Shown: in pieces, positions 1 through 12,999 of the stretch
Numbering within the stretch: the first letter of the stretch is position 1
Layout of the letters: each line of letters begins with the position of its first letter
Assembly (NCBI GenBank): GCA_964252035.1
Contig: OZ176203.1
DNA: 64,000 bases
Reading direction: 5' to 3' (one strand)
Source: Podarcis erhardii
Taxonomy: Eukaryota
Translations under genes and position numbers: made by a program
Notes under the pieces: model-generated
Told to the model about the DNA's origin: nothing
Databases searched by the model: none
What the model saw: only the letters and a program-made list of their open reading frames with translations

Positions 1-329
1 TATAAGGGGCAGGTTAACAGACAATGAGTGATGTATTCCATCTGAGGTTGACTACAAATAAAAATCTATCTGCATATTGAACCCTGTTGTAGCAGCCATC
101 CAAAAGCGTAGAAGCATTTCTTAAGGAAACTGTTAAGACTTTGGTTAGATAACTAGCTCTAAAATGCTCTGTTCTCAAGAGTGGATACCATTGGGAGAGG
201 GGCAGAATGGGGTTTCTAATTAGTTGCCGATTCTATCCAGAAGAACCAATCCCTTAGTTGACACTTATTCAAGGTCATTGCAAAGCTCCGTTCTGGAAAA
301 TAATAGTAGTCAAAAACATATTGACAAGC

Positions 330-740
330 TGCTTTCCAGAGTTGGTTATCACCCAATTCCACATAGCGCAGAGCAAGAAAACACTCAATAGGCATAGTAG
401 CAATGTTATAAAATATTATTTAACTCAGCACAGTTAAGGCTATTGCCTTAATTGTTGGCCACTCAGATTCTGTACAAAGAAGAGTAGCTGATATCCCTGA
501 TAGTAGGGAGTATAGCTTCCCACCCCCCAAAAAATTCTGCAGCGTTTTCAAAACTTTAATGGGGTTCAAATCAGAGTCCCAGATTTCAACATCACAGAGC
601 ACTTGAGTAAGCACTTTGCTACCAAATATCTTTAGGGCAGGTTCAATCAGCTGCCGTCCCTTATTGTAATAGAATTTCATAATACACAATAGAATTACAT
701 GTCTGGACAGACTTGCTGAAATTTATTTTTGTTAGCAGCC
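330..740 (-). mobile_element. Degenerate LINE ORF2 C-terminal remnant (L2-group-like, clade uncertain)
   Basis: ORF 420-689 peptide KFYYNKGRQLIEPALKIFGSKVLTQVLCDVEIW resembles the post-RT FY.KGG..IP.AL.VF..KV..QLLYG..IW pattern of squamate LINEs (recalled). Frameshifted upstream; boundaries approximate. Confidence 0.5.
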
Positions 741-1528
741 ATCGATAACAGTACAGCAAGAGGGGACTGCCTGATGTTATGTATACCTTTTAGTTTGCCA
801 ATCAACCAATCTTACAATGAGAAATGGACCATGTACTGTACATTTGTCTTAAGGACCTCATGTATGACCACATAAGGGGACATGTGCTGCTCTGCCCTTT
901 CCCAACTACAACTTTACACCAGTGTAACTTCTCTCCAACCACAGTCATGCTAGAAGCAATGCTGAGTCTGGTTTCTTGGCCTGCAGTTGTTCTGTCACGG
1001 CCATATGTTACCTTGAAGTGGGGCTTAATATTACCAAGTTACACTACTTTAATAGGCCTATAAAAGAATGATGGATAATTTCCAGTGCTCTCCTCCATTT
1101 CAATGTTTATTGGGCATGAACTAGGTGATATAGTAGTCCTTAGTGGTCCTTAGCAAATCAACCCAATTTTAATATGCTCAGAGTGTTAACAAGGTATTGT
1201 CGCAGTTTCTGTCTGGGGCATGTAAAACATAACAATGTCGTGCTTATTGATGAAGTCCACTGATATTACGAGTAAAAACAACTACTCCTGTTTTATAGAT
1301 CCCAGAGTTGCAGGAATATTTCTGGTCTTTTGACACATACTGGTTTCTTATGAGAAGAAGTAATGACTCTAGCCAGGATTTCTAAATTAATGCCTGTTTC
1401 GAAATGTAAAGTATGTTAGCTATATAACCTATAAACTAGGCACCTGAGCACCATTTGTTAACCTTCTTTGCTTCAAGCCTTCACCTAGTTACACTTATTT
1501 ACATCCTACTGCATTTAATCAGTAGGAT

Positions 1529-1620
1529 TACTGCATGATCCTAAACATGTTTACTTGAAGCAAATCCCACCGAGTTTAGCAATACTTGCTTGGTGGCAGG
1601 TAGGCTAAATATTGCAGCCT
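1529..1620. mobile_element. Degenerate palindromic MITE-like squamate repeat (gcaatcctatgca...gtaagtcccactga family)
   Basis: ctgcatgatcctaaacatgtttacttgaagcaaatcccaccgagtt...attgcagc. Similar decayed copies near 17445-17540, 22265-22330, 55490-55550 and 62000-62090. Confidence 0.5.
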
Positions 1621-2166
1621 TGTGCATACATAGCTAAGGCATAGTGTTTCAGCCTTTGTCCCAAAGAGTATGATAAAACTAGCATGACATTTTGAAAAGG
1701 TTCTCATTCAAAATGTAGCTTTTGCTATAATCATGTGGAAAATGGGAAGAATTCATGAATAGTTACCATGAATTTCTGCAGACAGAGCCATCAGCAACTC
1801 CCTACAAATACAGGCCACTTCCCTAGTTTCAGGTGGGATTCAGTCATATTTCAGAAAATTCAGGTTGCACAATTAAAGTTGACTGGGAGGTCTTGAGCAA
1901 CAAACGCACTTCCTCAAAACAACTGACTTTTTGGTATAAGGAAAGTGATGGCAAAATGCACTAGGAAGCGTGGGATAAAAATTGCTTGATGCAACATCAT
2001 ATAACCTGGCCACAATAAGATCAGAATGAGTGTTAAATAAGAGGCATAGCCTGTAAGAAAGAGTGTTGCTCATGTTATTCTAAAGCAGCAATGCTGCAGC
2101 AAGCAAAGGCTCTAGCAGCTCAGTCAGCTGCTTGTGGCTGCAAAGCCAAACTGGATGTTTGTGACT

Positions 2167-2180
2167 GTTGCCATGGAAAC
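2167..2180. promoter_or_regulatory. RFX X-box-like motif GTTGCCATGGAAAC
   Basis: One mismatch to the palindromic X-box GTTGCCATGGCAAC. Overlaps a SOX-like AACAAAG; CAGCTG E-box at 2125-2130. Motif match only. Confidence 0.4.
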
Positions 2181-5100
2181 AAAGGGGCAGTCCATTCTCC
2201 TTATTGAGCACAGGATGTGAGCTCAGTGTGTGTCATATGACCTGTACAGGATGTACATGGGTGGAGTTTGGAGTTTCTCTCTGTTTGTTTAAGAGAGCAG
2301 ACATCTTTGACTGTATGACTGCTAAAGACAGGAATAAAGACATGTAGATACATTTCTGTCTGAGTCTGATTCCCCTCCCTGGGGATATGCAGGGAGGAGG
2401 AGAAGCAGTTGGTGTGTTTTTCTCACAGCCTGAGGAAAATCGCCGGAACAGACCTCATGTGTTGTTCCTGCCGGGAGTCGCCGGAGGGAGGTCAAAGGAA
2501 TTCAGCCGGTGCCTTAACAGATAGGCACACACCTCTGACCCAAGGCAGAATTCCAACAGCTCACCCACTATGCATTTTGTATATGATGGGTGTGTGGGTG
2601 CCATATAATCTTACGAGAAACATATCTCATACTTTCCATGTATTGTCTCAGTGATAATAAACAGAACTCACAACATAAAATACATTTAACTGCTCATACA
2701 CAATACCAAAAGGATAAGCAACCCGACCATTTAATCATAATCACTATTATGTCAATAGGTTGCTTTATGAAATATCAACCACAGAGAGGATGATTGTTTT
2801 AGTCTGATACATGATTTTCTTTAGAAGTATAATATTGCTACAAATATATTGATGTATGGTGATATTGATCATTAAGAGACTTGATCCTAAGTACTGTGAG
2901 CAGAGCTGTGGACCCATTTCCTTCCCACTGCAGCCACCCCTTGCCTTCAGCTATTCTTGAAGGTTGGGGACCCTCTTCTTCAGAATATCATTCAGTACAG
3001 TGGAGGGGAGAAAGGGAGAACTGGCAGAACTCAAGAGTGTGCCCCTTGCATCAACTTAAGTCTCTTCCTCTTTAGCTAGAGCATTACTGCCGAGAACTCT
3101 ATTTTATATATCTTGGTGGACTTCCAATACTAGGGTTCTTACTATCAAAAGATAAAATCCAATTATTCAAATTTATGGCTGTTCTTCTATTTGCTCACCC
3201 ACCCCTCATTCAATTTCTCTGTATATAAAAATGTAAACAGAAGCTGCAGCTGCCTGCCAAAGCAATTCTGCACTTGTGGCATTTCTTTTTTAAAAAATCT
3301 ACCAGCAAAGGAGCGCATGAGTTAGACAATAGCAACTCTAAGCAATATGCAGGGCCTGACCTCACTCAGAATTGAAATGAATCAATTTCCAGATGCTCTT
3401 CCTGCACATTTTCGATACTGTGTAGCTCATTGACCCATAACACCCAAATATCCTTTGGTGAAAGGAGGCAGTGGTTCATCCAGAGGGCAGTAGCCTACCT
3501 GGCCACCATATAAAATACTTGAGGAATATCCCTCCCCTGGATATTCGTGTGTCCCCCAACTTTACTGAACAAGTGAGGAAATGATTCCTGAACATTCAAA
3601 GCAAAAGAGGCACAGTGACAATATGTTGCTATATGCTTTCTAAAAATGTGAACAACATCAGTAAACTTAAAACAGTAATAGATTTGTTTCATAATCATTT
3701 GTCCCTGAATTTAATGTACACAATTAAATAAGGCATTCGTGGCTCCACTTTTAAAATGAATATAATACTAATCAGCTAAAGAGGTTATTGGAAATAAAAC
3801 CAATTTTTCAAAAGGAGAATGGGACAGAGGGCATTCCTCTCCTTTTACCTCCCCTCCATCCTACTAGTTTCCTGGGTTGGTAGACCTGACTTTAGACAAA
3901 GCTCTGTTCAACCTTGGGAGATTTCAGGAAGAGTGAAGGGGCTGCAGGAGGCTTCTTGGACGTGACCCAGTCAGCTCTGTTATTACTTTTCTGTTAGAGC
4001 TCAGAAGAACGGGCTTCCACACCAGAGTTTAATGTGGATTTGAAACCTGAGACCCATTGTGGGCATGTGCACAAGTATTTGTTACCAGACCAGCAATAAT
4101 TGAAGTACAAAGTGTGTGTGTGCAGGTTGATAGATAGATAGATGATAGAGATAGTGTTTCTCTCTCACTCCTCCACTTCTTTTGTCACTAAGCCATTACT
4201 GAGGAACATGTCAGGCTCAGGAGATGAATAGTTCACCCCTTGAGCAAAAGGAACTCCAACTTCCTCAAGGACTTCTTGATCAAATGGGAAGGGCAAGCTC
4301 GATCCCATCCGTTTTGATCCCTATAGTTCAGTTTGGACTAAGCTACTGGAGAGCAAGCAGCAGGACATGTGCTTAATACCCTCAATTTGTGGAGCTTGAG
4401 AAAGGATGCCTGCATGGTGCTCTCTGGTGCCAGATAAGCACCCAATGCATAAATTGTTCATCTGCAATGCATTAATTCCAATGGGATGCACATTTATATG
4501 AATGTGCATTCTGGTGTGATAAATTAGTAGCCCACTTGTGCCAGCAACGGGGAACTTTCATTTCAGCGCCCTCACCACCTCAGACTACTAAACATGAATT
4601 TCTCAACAAGGGGAGGTAAAGGAGGAGGAGGAGGAGGAATGGGATTTTTTAAATTGAACATTGTAGTCCTCACCCCACCACCAAATACCAAATTCGCATT
4701 GAAAATCAGATCTCATATTAGTCATAACAGATTTCTGTGGGAGCTACTTTACAACCTGCTCTATATACACACGGCATACATAACTTGATATACGTAAGTT
4801 TTAGTACTTATATGGAGCCAAAATAGATTATGCATTCTTAAAATAGCTTATGAATTGTTTTTGGCAGAGTTCTGTTAAAATATAAATGCATTTTTTGTGG
4901 TAAAAAACCCCCCAAACCATTAAAGCAAGGAGCTGAACATCTGAATGTTCTGGTTTGCCCTTTGTGACATTTTAACCTTTTTTTCACAAAGTTGTCAGCC
5001 ATAAAATGCAACAGTGATTCAGTTTTCATGTGCAGTGTAAAAATAAACTTGAACAACTTTTGCACATGTTGTTGCAAGAGAACTAAATTATATACTGTAA

Positions 5101-8100
5101 TAAGTGAAAATATAAACCCAGTACTAATAAAATACAGGTTGTGAATGACTAAAACAGATGGGATTCTTAATACTTAGATGTTTTACCCTTTCCCCAAACT
5201 ATTATCTCAAATATATATATTCTCCAATATCAAGCAAATGAGCTAAGCCAGCTCCTCCTCTCCTATTCAGTGCTACGAAGTGGACATCTCCACACCCTCT
5301 TACCTTCTCTAACTCTAAAAAAGACATGAATTCTGGCATTATTTATAGGATGAAAACTGATAATCTCTAGTAAAGCAGAACTTCAACATCTGGAAAGGTA
5401 AAATCTATCAATATTAGAAAACTGAAGCAACAGTGCATGTCAAAGATGGAAATATTACACATTCAATGCTCCAGTGGTCCAAATGAGAGAGCTTCTAAAA
5501 AATGCAATAATCTCAATATTAATTTATGTTTTAGTTAGTTGAAAATAATTTGTGTCGGAAATGCAATGAAAATTTCACTATTGTGATTTAGCCAATTGTT
5601 AAGCAGATATTGGAGGCTTACTCAACAGGATGCAGGAATGTTGAAATTAAGGCCTCATTTTATTGCCTATCATTAAATTATTCTAATCCAGCAAAATTAG
5701 CTTTTTTAATTTGAGATTTAACTCAGTCACTAATTAAATCAATGGGAGAGCTAAAAAGCTGATTTCTCCACATACTGAAAATATGTTTACAAGTATAATC
5801 AATTGGATACTATAGGCCTGTACTGAGTACTAGTGTGCTTCTAAGCCCAACTCAAGGTGTTTCCCTGTAATACAAAGCCCTAAACAACTCCAGCCTCATA
5901 TATTTGCAGGGGTTTCCATCCTATATAGACTGGTCAGGTGTTGGATATGCAGAGGAGGCTCTGCTGGGATTTCCGTCGCCATGTGAAATTTGTCAGGCAG
6001 TGCTGTGTAAGAGAGCGGTTTCTGTTTAACATCAGGCCAAGGTGCACAAAGGGGTGCATCTTCCACCAGAAAAGGTGGAAATAGTTTAATTGTACTGCAT
6101 GGTGGAAGGTGAGCTGTAAATGAACAAATAGGGAATGCAGGATTCCTTGTGTTGAACCATGGCCATGGTTCCTCACGAAAACACCACTTTTGCTCATTGC
6201 TCTAGCACACATACTGCTTCAGTTCATATGTAATGATGCTGGTTCGGCAAGTCGTGGTTTAGAAGCCTGGGCAAACCCAACTGCCATCACATGATGGCAA
6301 TGGTCCTATTCTAAGCCTCTGTGGTGCACCTGCTTGGGAGTTGGTGCAGTAAATGGGCATTTTTCTTGTCTCGCCCCTTCTGTCCTGAGTGGCATGAGTG
6401 CTGTGGAGTGGCTGTGCCACTCCATCAGGACCTGCCACATACCAGTGTATGTAAGATTTCAGTCTTACATACACTTAAAAAAAATGATAAAGAGAACCAT
6501 CTGTTAACTAAAATTCACACAAGATCAAGTTTGTCTTCATATTAGCAGATATTTACTAATAAAGGAACCCTAACTCCCCAATTCACTGGCTTGGTGAGGC
6601 ATTAAGATTGAGGTGATGTATATGTTGGCAGAGAAGAGCTTCACTGATGGAGGGGCACATCTACTACAGAGGTGTCGGCTACACCTGTGGTTGTTTCACT
6701 GGTTGTTGACAGAATTAGGCTCGGGGGGGGGGGGGCAGCTGTGAGATATGGGTGGTCTGGGATGCAAAGTCCCTTCATCCATTGGGTAGGTTCCAGGACA
6801 GGACTCCCTTGCTTCACCAGCCAAGAATTGGTAGAACTAGGGTTGACATGTTTCAAAGGGTGAAAATCCAGACATAAAAGTTGTTGAGGTGTTTTTTCCA
6901 GTACTATACCTACGTACCTGGGAGAAAACACTATTGAATTCAGTTAGGCTGAATAGAGCTGTATTGGCTGCATGCTAAAAGATTTAGCTTGCTATTCATC
7001 TGCTGATAGATGTATTGATTTGAGCTACTATAAGAGAATATAAGACAGAAATATTCCATAGTCAGATACTGTGGGAGAAAGTGATTTCCCTATAACTTTA
7101 TTTTTAGACTGTCCCAATTAAAGCATCACAGTGTTCATGTTGTTTGTATAATTAATATGAATAAACACTATGCTTACTCTTAATCTCTAATTATGATAAA
7201 CTACACATTTTCATTTAAGTCAAGCCTCTGCTTGCACTAAAGCTGTCTAAATCTCTCCTGAGTTTTGAAGATAACTTTGGAAATTGAGGGAATTAGCAGA
7301 TAGGGTTCCACTGAGAGAACTGTTCACAGGAAAGGGAATAAAAGACGGATAGGTGACTCTAAAGTACTCGATAATGAAAGCTGGGAGGAAGAAAAACTGC
7401 TGTGATTGAAAATAAGTAAGATCATTTTGTGGAAATTGTGTGCAAACATTAAAGCACAAATTAAAGAACAAAATGTAGGACAGATCCTGTTCAACAACAG
7501 AGGGCTCTTGTTCCATATTCTGAGATTCACACTGGGGAAAAGTTGCAGAAACTACATTAATTTCACACACGTGTATGACGAATAAATACAATTTCCTCTT
7601 TAGTTCTAAAGGGTTTTACTTCTTCCACTCTACCTCAGAAAATACCAGCACATAAGACCAATGAAACTTATGACAATCAACTGATTGTGACAACCACATT
7701 TAGATAAGCAACAGAGCCAATACAAAGAGGGATAGGCTTTCCTTTGGATGTGCCAGCTGCTTGTCTTTGACAAAGGATATATAACTGTTCACATTTTAAG
7801 TTATTCAGATATTATAATTTGGGTCCTAATAATGCTCAATTATTATTAGTTCAAAATAAGTTCTAAATTTTTTAAAGTTTATTTTTGTTGAGGAAACTAT
7901 ACAGTGCCATAGTATTTCTCAGTTTTATTACCTACAGCCAGTAGGGTTAACTGGAATACTCAAACTGAAGCACTCGAAGTTGAACAAATAATGTAGGAAA
8001 TGGTTTAGCCAGAGGGCTGACACTTGCTAAAAGTCTACAGCTGAAACTACCCTATATAGTTTCTGTGAAGAAGGGTCGGTAAGAAGAAGACCGTATAATG

Positions 8101-9489
8101 GACCTAAATTCAGTAAACATATTTATCAATAGATTTTCATGTTTAGAGAATCCTCCCACAGTATTCCCTCCTTTTACTCTTGGCACCATCTTTACCCAGA
8201 GAAATTAAGCAGAAACTTTGTAGCTCCACTTCCCAATTCTCAAGCAAAGTTGTGAGCCAAGGAAATAGTGCTTATCAAACTCTGATCAATTTCCCTACTA
8301 CTTTCACCACTTAGGTTAAACTCTCTCCCACCCATTCACACTTTATAAGATTAGTCAGGCACAACTGATAATCTGTGCAAACTCTGCTTCCCAAATGCAA
8401 TGTCACGTGACCAACTGGAAAATGATAAGATGTATAGCACCAATTCTGCTTAACCCCAATAGAGGTTCTTGGCAATTTCTTTCCAAAATAGTTTCATTCT
8501 GTTGTGCTTGGTCCTCTTAAATTGAACTCACAAAGGGGAAAAGACCATCATAAATTCCCTTACCCAACCATGGCAGTTATTAACTCTGCACTGGAAGAAT
8601 ATATTAAATGCTAGAGACAATTTTTGTGCAAAATGAAGATAAGGAAATATATGCCCTCTATTAAATGGCATAACCCTTTCTTCAATTTTCAAACTGCAAA
8701 GTAAGAAAAAAGGGGGGAAGAGTTCTGTCCCACTTGGTGCACCCAATAAAGCTATGCATCTAATCTCAATGCTGAAAAAATAAGAACAGGAAATTGTCTA
8801 AGATTATCATTATAATCAAACTATACTGAAGAAGCGTTTGATATCAAACACTACTAAACACTGAAACTTTTAAAACTTGGAACATTTGACATTATCTTAT
8901 TTTAGAAGGCTTACAGTGCTAATAAACTCAAATATATACTTCTGCAATTACCCTCTGTAGTTCCAAATCTATATTTGCAGAAATTTAATTAGGAAGAAAC
9001 TCCAGTATCCATTTTTACAATAATAAAAATGTCAGCAAGGCCAACTTTCAGCTAGATAATATGAAAGATGTGCAGGCACAGACTACTAAGTAATCAAACT
9101 TAACAACAGAATCCTGATAACGATTAATATGCCTGACTCACTTTGAGCTGGATAATCAGATGAACAGGGTGCAAGCAGCTGAGCAGTGACCAATATGGGG
9201 GAGCTCATGTGCATTCAGACATCTATATTTCTAAAGCAACTACTAAATGAAAAACTACGTCTTGAAGTCGTTTCAGTTAGCAAAATGTGTGATTTCTGAA
9301 AATGCCAACAGCTTTATCATCAAATGCTTATTCACAAGTTGCCTCATTGCTTTTTATTGTTTTAATTAACAAGAATGGTTGGGGACTGCAGGCAGGTTAA
9401 GGCTTGTATGCTTCAAAGAAGCATGGGGTGTAATACATATTGTATCTATGCTCTGTTCTCATAGACTGCATTCAAACATCATAGTAAAC

Positions 9490-9626
9490 CTGGAGTAGCC
9501 AACTTGATGTCCTCCACATGTTGTTGGACTATAATTAAGATCATCCTTGACCATTAGCTATACTGATTGAGGCTAACGGGAGTTGAGTCCAACAGCTCCT
9601 GGAAGGAACCAGCTTCGCTATCCCTG
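9490..9626. mobile_element. hAT-type palindromic MITE
   Basis: TIRs ctggagtagccaac / cttcgctatccctg, internal gttgttggact...agtccaacag hairpin, 8-bp TSD tagtaaac/aagtaaac (7/8). Confidence 0.8.
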
Positions 9627-11181
9627 AAGTAAACTATAGCTTATGCAAACAAGCCACCCAAAATGCCAGCTTTGTACACATCCCAGTCCCTTCCACTACA
9701 TTTTCAAATTGGCTTGTTTGTTTTGTTTTGAAAAAACATAGTTTACTTCAACCATAGTTTGTTGGTTTGGACATGAAAAACTGCGGTCAAGCAAAAAAAA
9801 AGTATCTTCTTGTGGCTGCATTGGAATAAGAGAGGAAAAAGCTTTACTGCAACTTGTCAGACCGAACTGGGGTCTAGCAAGTCATATGAACTGGGCTGTT
9901 GCATCATCACATGGAATCCCTGTCAATATGTGTTGGACATCCTATGTGGCTGGTACAGGTCATGTCTTGGACTCAATATAAAAGCATCCCCAAGGGCACT
10001 GGCTTAATTTCCTTCTGAAGATGTTTTATATATAGTCACTATCTCTCTGGGCTGTCAGGGGCTGCATATCAGTGGTGGGTGGGGCCTGGAATAAACAATT
10101 CTTCTGCTTTTTCACCATTGTTATCTCAGTGTAAAATTCCCTACAGGATTTGAATGATTTTCTCTCAAATTAAGTATACAGAGGATTAATTAAAAACAAA
10201 AAGTCAGAAAAATAAGGAAGAAATGAACAGGGAGGAAGAAATTCTAATGGGATGGAAGCAGCTGGAGGACCCATAAAATTAGATCAGAGCCACATGTAGA
10301 TCCTGGGTTGCAGGTTGCTCACCTATAACTTATATAGAAGAAAGTTAAAGGGAGGTTTAATTTGCTCCTTGATACTGGTTGCCCCAGCTATTGTGTACCA
10401 TGCCTGATCCTGTTTGCATTGTCTCATCTATTCACCTCCCAAGCCCTTTCATGGCCTTCATTTTTTGGTGAAATGCAGGGAACTGGCAAATATATCTTGT
10501 ATTTTTCTAACTCCTATGCTGATTGTTGTTGTTTTATGGGGTTTTTTAAAGACCATTTTAATTATTCAGTGTATTTGTGGGGGCTTAATGTTGTGTACCA
10601 CTTTGTGCGTCTTTCTTTTTAATTGGAAATAATTATAGAAAATTTACAGTTAAAAAATGTTCTAAAGGACACAGATTAACATCTCACCCACATAAAGCCA
10701 AAATATGATAGCAGACTGCTTCCAAAGTATTCAGAGTTGGTAATGGGGGTGGGGTGGAGGTGAACTAATATTTGTGTTTTATTTATTGAAGTTTTTAAAA
10801 TTTAAACCTGAGTAATAAGTTACTGAAATTTTAATGAGCCTGTCATTACCTATGGCACTAATCCTACGTAAACTAATGATAAATTTCAAAGCACTTATCT
10901 AGCAGCATGAGCAGCATTAATCCATGGGGTGATTTTGATAAAGTACAGTTCAACAACAGAGCAAAAAATGGCTGATTAAAAAGTTGTTTAGAGAAGTACT
11001 TATTGTAAATGTGAGCAAACTGCATAATAGTAACATGGATGCCTAGTGAACTCTGCTGCTAGCGGCCTTGAATCACCAAAAGAAAATCTCCAAATAAAAT
11101 ACAAGCATTATTAAATTAACTTAATATTTCAGAACTGTTTGGTTTTTACATGGAGCCACCTTCTTTTTAAATGCAACAATT

Positions 11182-11186
<5 letters not shown>

Positions 11187-11214
<28 letters not shown>
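11187..11214. repeat. (TG)14 microsatellite
   Basis: Direct inspection. Confidence 0.95.
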
Positions 11215-11215
<1 letters not shown>

Positions 11216-12379
11216 ATGATTACAGATCAAGAAAATTAGGAAGCTGTTTCAATGGGTATACTATATGGCTAACAGTTTCCTAACTGGAGGCATGGTAACT
11301 GAATTTCAGGAATTTACATTTCAGCATTTATGATTCCCAGTTGTGTGAAAGCATTGCCTCTTATCTCCTACACTGATGCTTTCTAAATGGAGGGGGGGTC
11401 ACGTGTTTCTGGATTCCACCTCATACCTGAAAGTTCATGAGATTTAGGGTAAAGCCCCTATCTAATGAGAATTATAGATTTTCAGCTCTGAATCACCACA
11501 ATAATTTTAAGAGGGCTGCTGTCTTGGCAAAGCTCACCCACCTGCCTTAGCAAGTATAGTCACAGTGATCCCTTCGATTAGAGGAAGTCTAAAGCACAAT
11601 TTGCAGCCAGCATTGACCAATCTATAAAATACATTTTTGTCATATTTGGCATTTCCCATCTGAAATATTCTTTTCAATTTCTTTCATGGTAGGAGTGCAA
11701 TAACATGGAAAATACTTTCAACCTATTGTCAAAAAACAACTGCTACATTTTCAGAACTTACAAATTAGAAATATTCCCTGTCACTCATTCACTAGAAAGT
11801 AACTTCCATCAAGCACATATTTCTGGATATTTGCCTCTGCCAGCTGCCTGACACTTAATGAAATACTGGCTGAGTTAACATTTTTGTGATGAGCCAGGGT
11901 CGCTGGTATATTGTGGTTTACCATGAACAAGCAACATGTTTACACATGCATCCTGATAACTTCTGCTTTGTTCTTCCCTTCACAGGGACAGGAGAAACGG
12001 ATCAGGAAACCACAACGTATGACTTCTGAAACCAGGGTCCTAATTTGCTGCTCCAAAACATCAGGATTTGTAGACCACAAAAACTCATAGTTTAGAGCTT
12101 GCTTAGGGGAAAACAAACCAGGCTTCTAGGGGTTTAGATATTCAAGCAAGCCATGCTTAATTGCAGCTTCATGATTTGTTTCTCCCACTTACTCCAGGGG
12201 AGAAGCAAAGCAGAAGCAACCTGAGCTGCCGTTCATCAAGGTAAGCCACGATTAGCCAGCCAACTTTGTTTTGGGGGAGAAAGGCAGGGTAAAATTAATG
12301 CTAAATCAAACCAAACAAATTAATCAAAGCACATGTCAATGCACGCCATCATTTAAATGACAGAGAAGGAAGTACTCAC

Positions 12380-12558
12380 CATGTATAATCAGAACATACT
12401 CTGCGCTGTTTAGGCCAATAGAGTTTGCTGCTTCACATCGATATGTACCATTGTCCGTTCTATTTAGGGAATTAATGTTTAGCTCCCTACCATTGACAAC
12501 CATCCTTTCTGGATCTGGTAAATCTCCACCATCCTTTGTCCATAATACTGGATCTGGC
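12380..12558 (-). CDS. CADM2: CADM2 coding exon, remainder of Ig domain 3 (179 nt, phase 2-1)
   Basis: Translates PDPVLWTKDGGDLPDPERMVVNGRELNINSLNRTDNGTYRCEAANSIGLNSAEYVLIIH. The DNGTYRCEA Ig motif and WTKDGG-LPDP are diagnostic of CADM2 rather than CADM1/3. Flanked by tttaatag| and |gtgagt. Confidence 0.97.
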
Positions 12559-12999
12559 CTATTAAAAACAAATAGATGAAACCATTATTTTCAAATTCAT
12601 TTTAAAATAAATGTACATCATATCAAACCAACTCAACATGGGTTTCTCATGCAGCAAACTTTAAGAACCATAAAAATAATTAAGTAAGTAATACAGACAG
12701 AGCTGAACAACACCATTTACAATTAAATATTATCTTTAAATTAGATAAAATATTGATTGGTGGTAAGGTCAATTATTTATAATTGGCTTTGCAAATGCCT
12801 TAGAACTATAGAAATATTCATGATTAATTTTTCCTACAAAATGTTGTCTCTTTTAAACTATATCTCAGGATACTTTCCTATTGATAAATTCTGCCTAGTG
12901 ACATTTACTTGATTTGTTCCTGTCCGTTATATGAGTTACAGGCTATTCTTTCAGAATTAAGCCTACAGTATATATTCATAGACCCACATCCAAGTGTCT

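Noticed and set aside
2211-2432. LTR-like segment (TG...CA, AATAAA, 11-bp imperfect inverted ends)
   Set aside because: There is no direct TSD, PBS or second copy, so LTR versus MITE versus chance cannot be decided.
6723-6735. Long G/C homopolymers (also 18354-18364, 20713-20723, 22248-22258, 23464-23473, 39651-39664)
   Set aside because: These are isolated runs without a shared context or multi-tract G4 pattern, and their lengths are prone to sequencing error.
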